Part shown: positions 39,301 through 51,800 of the stretch, piece by piece | How positions within the stretch are numbered: position 1 is the first letter of the stretch | Layout: each line of letters starts with the position of its first letter | NCBI GenBank assembly: GCA_964247055.1 | Contig: OZ176051.1 | Coordinates: forward strand, 3,968,001-4,032,000 | DNA: 64,000 nt | Direction: 5' to 3' | DNA from: Paragordius varius | Lineage: Eukaryota > Animalia > Nematomorpha | Program-made: the position numbers and the translations under genes | The notes under the pieces: model-generated | What the model was told of the DNA's origin: nothing | Seen by the model: the letters and a program-made list of their open reading frames with translations, nothing else | Databases searched by the model: none

Positions 39301-42300
39301 GCGCATTGAGAGCTATTTTATACATAACCAATTATTAAATGTGTTTTTGAATTCGATTTACCCAATTTTATGTCTTTCATGCCTAAACATTGTTTCTATG
39401 CCCATCTCTAAATAAATTCATTTTGTTAAAATTTATTTTATAAAATAACTCAAAACCATTTTTTTTGTTTGGTGTTACAAAATATTAGTAATTTAGATGT
39501 GGAAAATTACTTTCAAACATGACCGTTTTGATTTTTGTGTTTGATGATACTATATACATTTTTAATTTTTTCACAATAATTTTGATAAAAAGAATACGCC
39601 ACATGTTTTTTATCTTATATACACGTCTAACACTTTTCCTCATTGGTATATATTCATATTCAAAAATCCCACCATTTTTTTAAAAATAAGTCAAATTTCG
39701 TAAAACCCTTTTTAAATCACCACCTTTTAATATTTGTATATATCTATATAATAGATGACTTTTTTTATTATTACATTTCATTTTTCAAAAAAAATTCTCC
39801 CAAAATAGATAAGGTTAAACAACGCAGTGGTGGTAATAACAAAAATACAAACGAAGAAAATGGCCATGTAGGCGAAAATGCTGAGGACACAATACCTAAT
39901 TTCGGTGGACTAGTTATAAACAATGGTAGCAATGGAAATAATACTAAACAAAAGTCTAAGAATGGGATGGCTAATGGGGATTATGTTAAAACTTCATGCA
40001 ATGGGTATATAATTTTATATAGAATTGATGGCAAAAATTATATAATTGATATGGATAAAACGCACTAATATATTTTATATATGCCATGATTTCATAAAAC
40101 AATTCATTGAACCACCCTAATGTCCTTTTTTTGTTAGAAAAAATATATATTATATTAATTTTTTGTTAAAAGCTTATTAATAGATATATAATGATTGATT
40201 ATTCAACAGATATCTTATGTTTAGTTTATTTGAAACTTATGAGCCTCATTGTGCCCACAAATTTAAGGGTAATTAACTTAACGATTTAAAAACTACGACT
40301 TAATAAATGTTCTGAAAAGTTTCTGATGATCAACATAATATTAGTTTTTCGGTGGTCCATTAAAAAAACTTAGTATTAGGGGTTATCATAGGAGAAAGGG
40401 AAATTTATGTTATTTTGATTGTAATAGATATTATAAGAATATAATTTTGATTTATTATCAAAATTTGTAATATATACTTATTACATTTATTTATTCATTT
40501 TATCAGTGAAAACGATGATTATGAGGCCTGGAGTGACACGGAAGAAACAAATGAATCATTGATGAATGATAACAATAATAAAAACAACTCAAATGTCGGG
40601 ACCAAAACAAGTAAAACTGGAAACAGCCACAACAATGTACAAAATCAAGGATTGGAAACTACGGCAACACAACCACCGATTGACGTTTTTTACCATTATG
40701 TTAAGGTGGGTGATAATTATGTTTAAATTTGAACAAATTACTTTTATGTAAAAGCTTAAATCTTGTTTTAATTTCTTACAAATATTTCTTGTTTAGTGTC
40801 ATTTGCAAACCTATTAATATATTTTTCGTTAGTGAGATTGTTTTTGTTGTTTTAACCCTGTAATTATATAAACACTTATTTGGCTAAAAATGTTTTTACG
40901 ATATTGTAATATTTTTTTGAGTTTTCACATAAACTTTTTCACTTTTTTATATACTAAAATTGTCGTTATTATAATTAGAAATTGAAAGTGTCTGGTGAGT
41001 TTTCAGCATTACCGAAAAATGGTAATAATAATTTGGATAAAGAAATATATGGAGAAGCCGATAAATTGGATGTGAAAGATAAGGCACCTATGGTTTTGGC
41101 TGAATTATTGTTTGATTCAGACTTGCTGAATCAAATAACACGTTTCCGAACTATATTTCTGCGAGTATTATATATATATATATATATATATATTTGTTTA
41201 TTATATACAGTGGAATTTTTCCCTTTCCTCATAATGAACCAATTGTGTGAAAAAATATGTGCATTCATCGTTTTTTTGACGGTTTTTTTCATAAAGAATT
41301 CAACATAAATTATAGAAAATTTCCTATTTAATTTTAGGGTTTTTGTGAGGACTTATAAATATTCATTAAAGGAGTATACACTTTACCTTAACTTTTTACA
41401 AATGTACTTTAACTGAGTCTTTATTTTATACACAGAGAAGTGCATGATTATTAACATGAGCTATTCATAGACGCTGTCATTCTTATATAAATATAAAAAG
41501 AGGGGGTTAGTTAAAATACCATTTACATTTAAATTTAATCCCGATTTCAAGTTGACCATTTACATTCTAAATTCAATCTTGATTTCAAGTTTACCCTGAG
41601 GTTTTGAATAACTCTGCCATAAGAATATTTCCATCAATAATAAGTTAAATTAGCCCAAATACTCTCAATTTATATTTAGGCTGAATATAAAATACTAAAA
41701 ATGTAAATTTGAGATGTATATATAATATAATATTTATAATTTATTTTTTGTATGTTAAGTTTTGTCATGGGAATCCGCGTGCACAAAAATATCTTTTGGG
41801 TGCTTTTGAGCAACTCATTGGCTCAGAATATAAATCTGCCCTGCTTCCGAAAGTTGCACATGTTCTGAAAGCCGCTTATGACGCTGATTTATTGGACGAG
41901 GAAACTTTGATTGATTGGTCTTCAAAGGTTTTTTTTAGTTTTTGTGATTAACTAAGCATTTCTATAATTTTTGCCGTTTTTTGCAGTGTTAATGCATGAA
42001 TGTATGTAAATTGGTTCTGGCTTTTACTTTTATTTAAATACTTTAGTTATCGTTATTTGATTTTTAACTTTAAAAATGTTAATTATTTATCTGTTTAATA
42101 AATAATTATTTTTATTATTATATATAAAAATCTTTGAAAAACACCAATATTCCCTTAAATAACACTTGGAATGTTCTAATCCTTTTATTTAGCGATTTAT
42201 CATAACTTTATCGTTTTTACTTTATATATAAAATAATTGTGTAATATTTATTATATTATATCAGGTATCCAAAAAATATGTGGATAAAGAAACCGCTACT

Positions 42301-43602
42301 GAGATTCGTAAAAAAGCCGAACCTTTCATAACTTGGTTGCGTGAAGCTGAAAGTGAGGGCTCTTCATCTGAATCAGGACCAGAGGAGGAAAATGGGTAGT
42401 TTTTTATCATAAAAATAAAGATGTGAAATTTTAAATTTTTCAAAAATTTTTTGGATGTATGTGACATATATTATATAATAAATTTATGGTGTGAAATACA
42501 ATGTGAATATATTTAGGTTAGTATTTTTTAATCAATAACTGATATCTTATACAGTAAAGAAAATAATAATAAATGTTTTTTTTAATTTTTTTCTTCCTAT
42601 TAGCCAATAGAATTGCTATCTTTACTGTAAATACCCTTGGATTAATGAAAAATTACCAATGTATATTTAATTTTTGCGAACTCTTATTGGGGAAATATTT
42701 CACTATTAAAACTATAGATACAAAGAAATTGTAATAGCCTTGCAGAAACTCTTATTTAACATTATTTTTGATTTAATTAACACTGCTAGGATTTAATTTA
42801 TTTAATGCTGTCTTGTCGACCCTACACAATAAGTCACACCTAACTAACTCATTTTGTTTAATATTATATTTGTTTAAAGTTGTGTAAACTTTCCCACAAA
42901 CTTTTACAAATAATATTATTATCAACAACTATTTTATAAATCTTATGTTTTTAATATTATCTCGTTCTAAAAATATTTTTAGTAATAATGAAAGCAGTGG
43001 CGATTATGCTGAAGAGAGCGACGAAGAGGACATACGAGATAAACATGTGAAACGTGGTGGACTTTTATTAACAAATGCACAAAATGGAAACCTTAATAAA
43101 ACTACAGATAAGGTAATTTTTTGGGGGGGTAAATTACACCATTTATAAAAGGATAGATTTGGAATATAATACGTATAATCTAAAATTTTCAATAACACAC
43201 AAACCGCACTGACTAATGTAAATAAATAACCTAAGGATCATTAAAATTCAAATTATCTATTTTAATGATTTTTATTTTCTTAAATACGAGTTTGTGATAC
43301 ATTTTCCATCTAATAAAACTTGTCTCCAAAAATATAAAAAATACTAATATTTTTTGCATAACCATGATTATTCCAATCCTATTCTTTTGTTTTGTGAAAT
43401 AAGGAATAAAGATGGAATCGGTAATCAGTATAAGTCACAATTATAAATATATAGAGATTGTTTAATGTCAACTATAAAAAATATGGTTACATTGAAAAAT
43501 ATTTGTTTTTTACTTTTCATCTTTTATACATTTAATTTTTATTATAAAATGTTTTTTTAGAAGGAAGAAAATGAAAGTGATTTAGATATAGATGCCATTT
43601 AA
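36309..43602 (+). CDS. EIF5: Eukaryotic translation initiation factor 5, about 513 aa, 11 exons
   Basis: Exons 36309-36383, 36410-36491, 36570-36742, 36992-37151, 39809-40004, 40507-40705, 40979-41164, 41760-41927, 42265-42395, 42983-43112, 43561-43602 (1542 nt, open). [20 protein letters not shown]; [15 protein letters not shown]; [12 protein letters not shown]; CTECGNPET...CKACG; W2 domain [10 protein letters not shown] and [12 protein letters not shown]; terminal DIDAI. Confidence 0.97.
37399..37567 (-). mobile_element. 169-bp mini-Helitron in EIF5 intron 4
   Basis: On the minus strand: A|TCtatatatttataaaaatg...poly-C...ctcgggctgcgtagcagcacgagattcacgCTAG|T. Confidence 0.8.
37625..38624 (-). 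mobile_element. Second long copy of the Helitron, lacking its own 3' end, in EIF5 intron 4
   Basis: Reverse complement of 29040 to about 30030, including both internal units; 5' TC at 38624-38623. Confidence 0.85.
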
Positions 43603-44076
43603 ACAGATGGGGATTAAACAGAAAAACATAGTTTTAAATATATATGATTGTTTCCATTTTTTTATTTTATATGTATTTTGTCCATCATCAAACGACAATT
43701 GTTCTTATATTAATTTTATTTAAATAATTTTTTAAAAATAAATTTTTTGATGCAATTAATGAATTATGTTTATGAGTTTATATTTTCCATCAAAGGGCTA
43801 TTGAATTCCAACATCTTTTTGAGTTACGGTTACTCTAACTGGTTAAATTTGATATTCGAAAGAATTTGCGTTATTTGGCCGATATTTAAACGTTCTTTTC
43901 GGTATGGTTGATCACCAAGTCTTGTATTTCCCATATTAATTACTTAGTTCTAAAATATTAAAATGTTTTCTATGACATTTTTATAGGATCCAAGTGTTTG
44001 TTGTTTCAAAATAAAAATTTCCAAGTTTTACATTGAATTCTCAATTTTGATAAGGAACTTTTTATTTTGTTGCTTT

Positions 44077-45346
44077 TAGGTATATGCCGACCAGATCATA
44101 GACTCAAGGTCATGACCTAGGTCGCTACCATTTGCAAAAGTTACTTAAGTCATTTTAATGTTTTTCATTTTAAACCTTATACAATTAATATGAAAACTAT
44201 ATATGTTATTTTATGTAAAATATATTAAACACATTTTTTTGCTCTTAAATAAAATCCGCCTTGTTAAATTATCACGATTAAAATAAAGTTATTTGCATAC
44301 CTGACAATATCAATAAAAAGCGAATGAAGAGGCATTTAAAACAAGTTCATGAAATAGATTATATGGAAGGTGGTGGAAAGCATGCTAAATATTTAATTTT
44401 AGTTTTAAAAATTTCATATTTCATTTCAAAGATCAGCCACAAATATTTATTATACCAGCAGCTCTTAACATTGATGTTAAATATTGTGGTAGCTTCATTA
44501 ATAGTTTACCTCCGAATCACGCCATCTCGTATAGAAAAAGATGTTTTGTTAAACTTAATTCTTAGCGCAAGTTATTTTTTGGATGTTATATAAATAACGC
44601 CTTATATTCCAGGAAATATCGTTAATTGCAGAAATTTAATAAATTCTAAATTATCAGTGTGGTGTTATTAATACTTTTTTAAATATATTTTTTTATTTAA
44701 CATCCCATTACTTTTTGGGGTAGTTTAATATCACAGACGATTTGAAATTTTAATATAAAAATATAAGCTATTAAGCCGAATTAAAAAATATGCTTTCTTT
44801 AGTTTAGGCGCATTATACAAATAAATTTTTTAAAAAAACTTAAATTATAAAATAATCTTTAACCTTTTTGCCGCAATAATTTTGTATAAATTTTTTTGAA
44901 TCGCTAATGCAACAGGCAAATAAATTTCATGGTTAGATAAAATAAATAATTAACTTTTAAAAGCTTTTGGGCTACATTTTAGCAAAAACTTGTCATATTT
45001 TGATTTTACATCAGCTCTTTGTTTCAATTGTGTTTTGGAGCGTTTCAATTTTAGACTCAAGAAGTCACAAAACTCTAAAAATATAAGCTTTTTTATTTTC
45101 ATACACGAGAACAATGGTAAATAATTAAAATTAATTAAAATAATTTTCAAAACTGTAGTTCATTTTTCAAAAATGAGTTCTGGGATACAAAACTACTTTT
45201 AAAAGTAAACTATGACAAAAAAATTAAAAAGTAACGAAAGGAAAAACCTTTTTTTATATATTTATATATATACTTAATATAACATTAATTTTGTGGCTAA
45301 GATTTGGTGTGACCTGGGTTAGACCCGGGTCAAAATCACAATCCTT
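44077..45346 (+). mobile_element. Eroded, internally deleted hAT element (same family as 59385-60686) with a family B insert
   Basis: Ends taggtatatg...atgacctaggtcg and gacccgggtcaaaatcacaatcct; RMKRHLKQVHE segment homologous to the reverse complement of about 60340-60405. No TSD recovered. Confidence 0.65.
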
Positions 45347-45834
45347 TTAACCAAAAATATCTTTCCCATTCAATTTTAAGCCACAATTAAGTTTACATAA
45401 TATGTTATTTGTACGTACGCAAGAGTTTTAATTACCTAATACTTCATTTTGATGATAATTATTGTAGGAAATTTATAAAAACTTGGAAATTCAATGTTAA
45501 TTTTAAATTGATGATTCTCGTTTATCACGAATTATTTTAAAGAAAAAATTATGGGAACTTTCAATGCATAAAATTACCATCTACGGTAGCCATTTATACA
45601 TCATTCTGGATAAAAAAATAAATTGCCAATACTGGAAGTTGTTTAAGAGAAATATTGAACCATGTATTTTTCTACTATTAACATATATCTATTACAAATT
45701 TTAATTAAAACTTAATAGCCTGCACAATACAAATTCACCTTTTTAAAAAACATAATGTTCAAAAAACAGTTTTGGTCATATTATTAACCTTTAAACTAGA
45801 TATTCTAAAGGTTTTACATATAAAACCTTATATC

Positions 45835-46182
45835 CCATTTACAGTTCAAATTCACCCTTGAACAATTCAAATTCACCCTTGAACAATTCAAATTCACCTT
45901 TGAACAATTCAAATTCACCCTCGAACCATTCAAATTCACCCTCAAATAAAATATGTTTTTTAAGATTTAAAATAACCAATATTTTTATATATTTTTAAAA
46001 AATAAAAATTTTGTTTTAAATTAAAATAAAACTGAAAAAATAATAAACTATAACATAAACATATATTTTATATAAATAAAGAGTTATATTAGTTCGAAAA
46101 TACACAATTTATTTTTAGGGTAAATTTGAATTGTTCGAGGGTGAATTTGAATTGTTCAAGGGTGAATTTGAACTGTAAATGG
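45835..46182. mobile_element. Foldback-like MITE whose TIRs are built of 21-bp tandem subunits
   Basis: Left ccatttacagttcaaattcacccttg plus four aacaattcaaattcacccttg-type units; right arm has three inverted units ending aactgtaaatgg; AT-rich spacer. Confidence 0.85.
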
Positions 46183-46423
46183 TATATTTTAAACAATAGC
46201 TTTTTACAATCTAAAACAATTCTAAAAAAAAGTGAAATAGTCTAACACTTTATGTCTTTTCTTTTTAGTCAGCGATGACATATTGGGGTAATATTATATC
46301 ACATAGCTCAATCATATAAATAAACTGCTGTTTCGAAAGTTATTTTAGTAAAATTTATTTAAACATTGTTCTATTTTATTAGATAAAAACTCTTTATTTT
46401 GGCAGTTTTTATAATTTCTAGAG

Positions 46424-46480
46424 CAGGGGTGGCCAACACGCGGTTCTTTCCAGACATTGTGTGCGGCACTCTTGCTCATA
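46424..46480 (+). mobile_element. Isolated hAT-type left terminus
   Basis: CAGGGGTGGCCAACacgcgg...tgtgcggc resembles hAT MITE ends; no matching right TIR found. Confidence 0.35.
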
Positions 46481-46909
46481 AAATCAAAGTTATTTCTTAT
46501 AAAAATTTTGTGAATATATCTATCCTTGGCAACGAACTAGAAAAAAAAACTCTATTGTGTATTTGTATTTTTCAGTGTTAAGTTTAAAATTAAATAAAAT
46601 ATTTTAAAGGACCATTTATATTTCTAATGCGGCTAGTTGAAGTTATTGAGTAAAAATTTAACCCACGTAGCGTGTTCTAGTGTCCTAAATTGGCACGGAT
46701 CAAAACCACGTTTGAATTAAGCAGCTGGTTATAAAATCAATAAATGTTTAGTTTTTCGTAAGGAAAGCTTATTAAGTTAAGTATTAACATTTTCTAACCA
46801 TAATATACATTTGCTTATCGCATTAGCGATTGGCGGCGAAAAAGTTTGAGAGAGGATTTTTTTACAATTTTGCTCTTTTAAATGCGCCAAAAATTCGGCC
46901 TAGATAAAA

Positions 46910-47712
46910 TCAACCCATACCGCGCATGCTTAAAAAATGTGGGACTAAACTCCATCCAATGCACTAAATGTCAATACTGGTTACACAAACCATGTTCAAT
47001 TTTAAATGAAACTTTAAAAAATAATAATAATTACATATGAACCCCATATACTCTATCCAAACAATATATTCCACGCATAGAATATGAGTCCTACCTTAAA
47101 ATAGGTGGCAGCGAAATTCAAAAAGTACAAAAGTTAACCTACCTTGGTGATACCATTTCCGCTCTAGGAGGTTCATCTGAAGCCATCAAAAATCGCATAA
47201 GAATTGGCTGGGGTCGATACAACCAATATAAACACATATTCACCAACAAACATATATCTTCAAAAACAAAAAATAAAATATAACAAATTGGCGTTAGGCC
47301 TACTATAACTTATGCTTGCGAAACATGGCAAATAAGTAATACACAGGAAAATATGCTGGATAATATGGAACAAAGAATGATAAATACATTTAAGCGAACA
47401 ATCTCACATGATAAACAAATCCTGCCAATCTCAAAATATATTCACATCCGCAGACTTGGCTATTACGGTCACATTCAAAGATTAGATAACGATAATTGGA
47501 TTAAAAATATAACAAACCTTAAGCCAAACAAACAAAACAGTGTTGGTCGTCCAGCAATAACATGGGACAAAAACATTACCCAAGACCTATAGGCCAAAAA
47601 CATAAAAGCCGGGGACTGTTTAAACAAAAAATCCTTCAATGCAATGATCAAACACCTAAACCCCGTCACGACGGATGCTAAGGGACCCCTTGACAACAGC
47701 TATCTATCTATC
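46910..47712 (+). mobile_element. 3' fragment of an RTE-type LINE (same clade as 30580-33850)
   Basis: Cys-rich CLKNVGLNSIQCTKCQYWLHKPCS; TYLGDTI; RIRIGW; RPTITYACETW; LGYYGHIQRL; GRPAITW; (CTAT)n tail. Confidence 0.85.
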
Positions 47713-47877
47713 AAATTTAAAAATGCTTCGGGTATGCCCCAAAAGGTCAATAATTGTTAACATTATTAACCTGATTTTATATAAAAATCGCAAACCGTCT
47801 CTATAATATTTAATAATAATTTATTCTATTATTTTGAATTAAAAATTTAATTGATACTAAATGCGTAATAAAATTGA

Positions 47878-48516
47878 TTACTCAATATAAAATTCTTGAC
47901 TATCTATTTGTTCAAATTCTACATTTTTTCTTTGACACCATTCTTCGATTTCTTCTGTGGACTAAATATTAAAATTAAAATTTACTGGTTGATTATTTTT
48001 ATGTCGGATTCCTTTTTGTATTTTTGGTATTGTGACATTTTGAATTATATTTTTGGATTGTAATTGAGATATTTCATATATTTTCAAGGGACTTGATTTT
48101 GGTGAATTGAAGCCAAATGACTTATTGTTATAAATATTTATCGTATTATTAGATGATAATGTTAAGGGTGGAAAATTTGGCGTAATATTGTTGATATTAT
48201 TGCCAAATTGGGGAGTTGAATGTTGCTTTTCATATTTTGAAAGAAAGGGAGTTGAAATAGCTTTAAACGAATGTTTATTCTCATTTTTGTCTTTAAGTTC
48301 AAAATTTAATTTTATATGATTATGGGAATTTATATTTGAAAAAAAGGGAGAAACGTTGGAAATATTTGACAATGGCAATCGTTTATTGGGATATGAAGTT
48401 GATTTCAAACCCAAGTTGATTGATTTCGCCAATAATTGCCGTTTTTTACATGATGCAGATGTTTCTGTCTTGAGGCGCACAGTTCTCCTGGAACACTGAG
48501 GTGTGATTCTTTCCAT
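47878..48516 (-). CDS. CDCA5: Sororin-like protein (CDCA5 family candidate), 204 aa, 2 exons
   Basis: Exons 48516-47986 and 47961-47878 joined over a 24-nt GT-AG intron. C-terminus STEEIEEWCQRKNVEFEQIDSQEFYIE-stop has the spacing of the Sororin terminal motif (human ELDEWAAAMNAEFEAAEQFDLLVE-stop). Also FGF (aa 134-136), STP motifs, several S/T-P sites and RLPLSNISN (RxxLxxxxN). Confidence 0.75.
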
Positions 48517-48819
48517 TTCAAATAAACCGCTTTAGGACCACATGTGAAATCATAGATACATAAACCCGTTCTTTAATTTTTGGCAGATTGGTGATTATTA
48601 TAAAATTAGTTTACCTTTTAAATTATTTAATACTTGATAATCTCACTTTTTTCTAGTTGACATATTGGGGAATAATTGTCAAAGTTATAATTATATTACT
48701 AAACATTGTTCTCATGTTTAGATAAATAATATATTTTTTGTTTTATGGCTTCGCGAGTCTAAAATTTTCACAGCTTAAAAACACGATTAAAACGAACAGC
48801 TTATATAAACACTTTATAA

Positions 48820-51800
48820 ATTAGGGTATCTAAATACCCCACAAGATATAAATTGATATTAAAAAACTACTGTAGATACGGTCCGAATTTAAATTTATGC
48901 TCTCCTAAATAAATAAGCCGAAATATTCAAATAAAAGTTAGTTTTTTAAAAAAAGACAATATCAAGTAACTTCGACGCCATTTTATTTTACAACATTTTT
49001 GCTAAATATCGTTTTCTTTATTTGTTAAGCTAAAATTAAAGTTTATTTTTAATATAAATCACATTAACATTGATAGAAACAAAATGCTTATTTTACATTA
49101 TTTTTGAATTTAGCTAATGCTCACCTGTCATGTTGACTATTATCTTTGGGTTTTAATTTAAAATAAGTAATATTAAGTATTAAAAAACCTCAATATTGGT
49201 ATACTAATGTAAACTATTGCATGGTTTCAATTCCTTATATGTTTTTTGAAATATTTAGTTTTACAAGCACAAGGTATCAAACTGCCCCAATTTACTAAAA
49301 TTAGTAAGTTGTATCCAAGTGTTAAAATTAAAATATATTAAATTTTGCTAAAAGTAAATATGGCGGCTTTTTGTTGTACTATCATTCAGATTAGGGTATT
49401 TATAAATGCCCCAGACAATATTGTTGCTATTTTCTAAGTTAATTAAAGAAACGGTTCCAATTTAAATTTACGCTTTTATCCTAATAAAAAATTATATAAA
49501 AAAACCAAAGTATATGATAAAATTTACTTTTGAAAAAGTTCCGTATCAAACTAGTTCGATGCCATTATTATTTTACAACATTTTCGCACAATATCATGTA
49601 TTTGATATTAAGGCCAAAATTAACTATACTTTTTTTATTGATTACTTTTGACATTGATGTGAACTGAAAAAGTGATAAATTTTGCATATATTATATAATT
49701 AGCTTATCACATGTCATGTTGACTTTTTACCTTTTGCTTTACCTCTTAATAAGTAATATAAAGTTTTTTCGAATAAAATTTTTTTTCTATTTCAGTTCAT
49801 TAATGTTATTAATAAGTGCAAACTTTTGCCATGATTATATTTATATCATAATTTTTGAAATTAACTTTAAAGCGTTACCTATATTTGACTCGAAACATTA
49901 ATGAGTTGCATCCAAGTGCTATATTAATACTTCTATTCAAATTGGGGTATCTATATACCCCAGACTAAATTTGAGTTAATACGGTTCAAATTTAAATTTA
50001 GGTCTCTATCCTAATAAAAATTATATTAATATGCGAAATCTAAATAAAATTTTGTTTTGAAAAAAGTTCCATGTCAAACCTCTTCGAAGCCATTTTTATT
50101 TTGCAAAATTTTTGCAGAATATCGCCATTTGATTTTAAGGGTAAAAATAAGGCTAATTTTTTATTTAAATTACAACATTGATAGAAATAGAAAAGGCGGT
50201 TAATTTTGTAGTATTTTTCAATTTTAGCATTGTCCACTAAACTTTTACCTTTCGGTTTTAGCTTAAAATAAGTAATATCAAGTATTTATGAATAAAATTT
50301 TTTATATATTTCGGCTCATTCAACCAATGTTCCAGAAACTGAAGCAAATGACTCATAAACCTTTTATATCATCACAAAAGATTAAAAAAGAGAATGGCAC
50401 CATATTGTGCAAACAAACAGAAGTACGAGAAAGATGGAAGGAATACACCCAAAAACTCTATCAGGCTCCTCAAACAAAGGTGTTGCATTTAAAAGAAGAA
50501 GAACGTGATCCAGATATATTAAGAGAGGAGGTTGAATTAGCCTTAAAACAAATTCCTAACAACAAAGCGATGGGATTAGACAATATCCCAATAGAGTTCA
50601 TAAAAGCTATTCCCGTTGAAAAGTTACACCAGTTATGTCAAAAGGTGTGGGAAACATGTGAGTGGCCAAACGATTGGGCATCATCTGTATATCTCCCAAT
50701 ATATAAAAAAGGAGATTTACTCCAATGCGAGAATTATCGGAACATATCTCTTATTAGCCACGCTAGTAAGGTCTTACTAAAAGTAATACAAAACAGAATG
50801 CACAGTATCATACAGACAGAAATACCAGAAAATCAAGCCGGATTTATGAAGGGAAAAAGCACAAGAGACCATATCTCAAACATGAGAAGGATAATGGAAA
50901 CATCAAAAGAGTTCCAGAAAGAATTATACATGTGTTTTATTGATTACAGACAAGCATTCGATTCAATTAACTATGACTCCTTGTGGGAAACATTAAAGTT
51001 AGTAGGGGTATCGTCTCACTTAATAAGATTGATTAGCTCTCTGTATGTAAAACAAAGAGCGATTATTAGAAAACCAGCGGGGGACACAGACGAAATACCA
51101 ATCTTGAAAGGAGTCAGACAAGGGTGTTGCTTATCCCCTTATCTGTTCAATATGTGCACAGAAATGATAATGAGGAAGTTGGATGGTAAAAATATTGGAG
51201 TAAGAATAGGAGGGAGAACAATCACTAATTTAAGGTTTGCAGACGATACCACTCTTATAGCTGAAAGTGCAAATGATTTGAAGGAATTGATTGAAGAGAT
51301 TCGAAAGGAAAGTTTGAGGTATGGTCTTAGGCTTAATCCTAACAAAACCAAAATATTATGTACAGGAAAAAAGCCTACAATTATAATAGAAGGAGTAGAA
51401 ATAGAAATAGTTAAACAGTTAACGTTTTTGGGCGCAATAATTTCAGAGGATGGGTCTTCAACTCCTGACATCAGAAAGAGAATAGGATTGGGTAGAGAAG
51501 CGATGACCAAATTAATAAAGATTTGGAAAAACAAAAGCGTAGGAGTTGAAACCAAAAAAAGATTACTCTACTGTTTCGTTCTCCCGGTCACCACATATGG
51601 ATGTGAGAGTTGGACTCTCAGAAAAAAGGACAAAGAAAGGCTCTTGGCTTTTGAAAGGAGTTGCTGGAGTAGGATGCTAGGATACACCTGGAAGGATAAA
51701 ATTAAGAATGAAAATCTAACTACAGAAATAAAACCTAAAACAAACATCATGGAGATAATTCTAAAAAGAAAGTTAACATATTTTGGTCATGTCATGCGAT

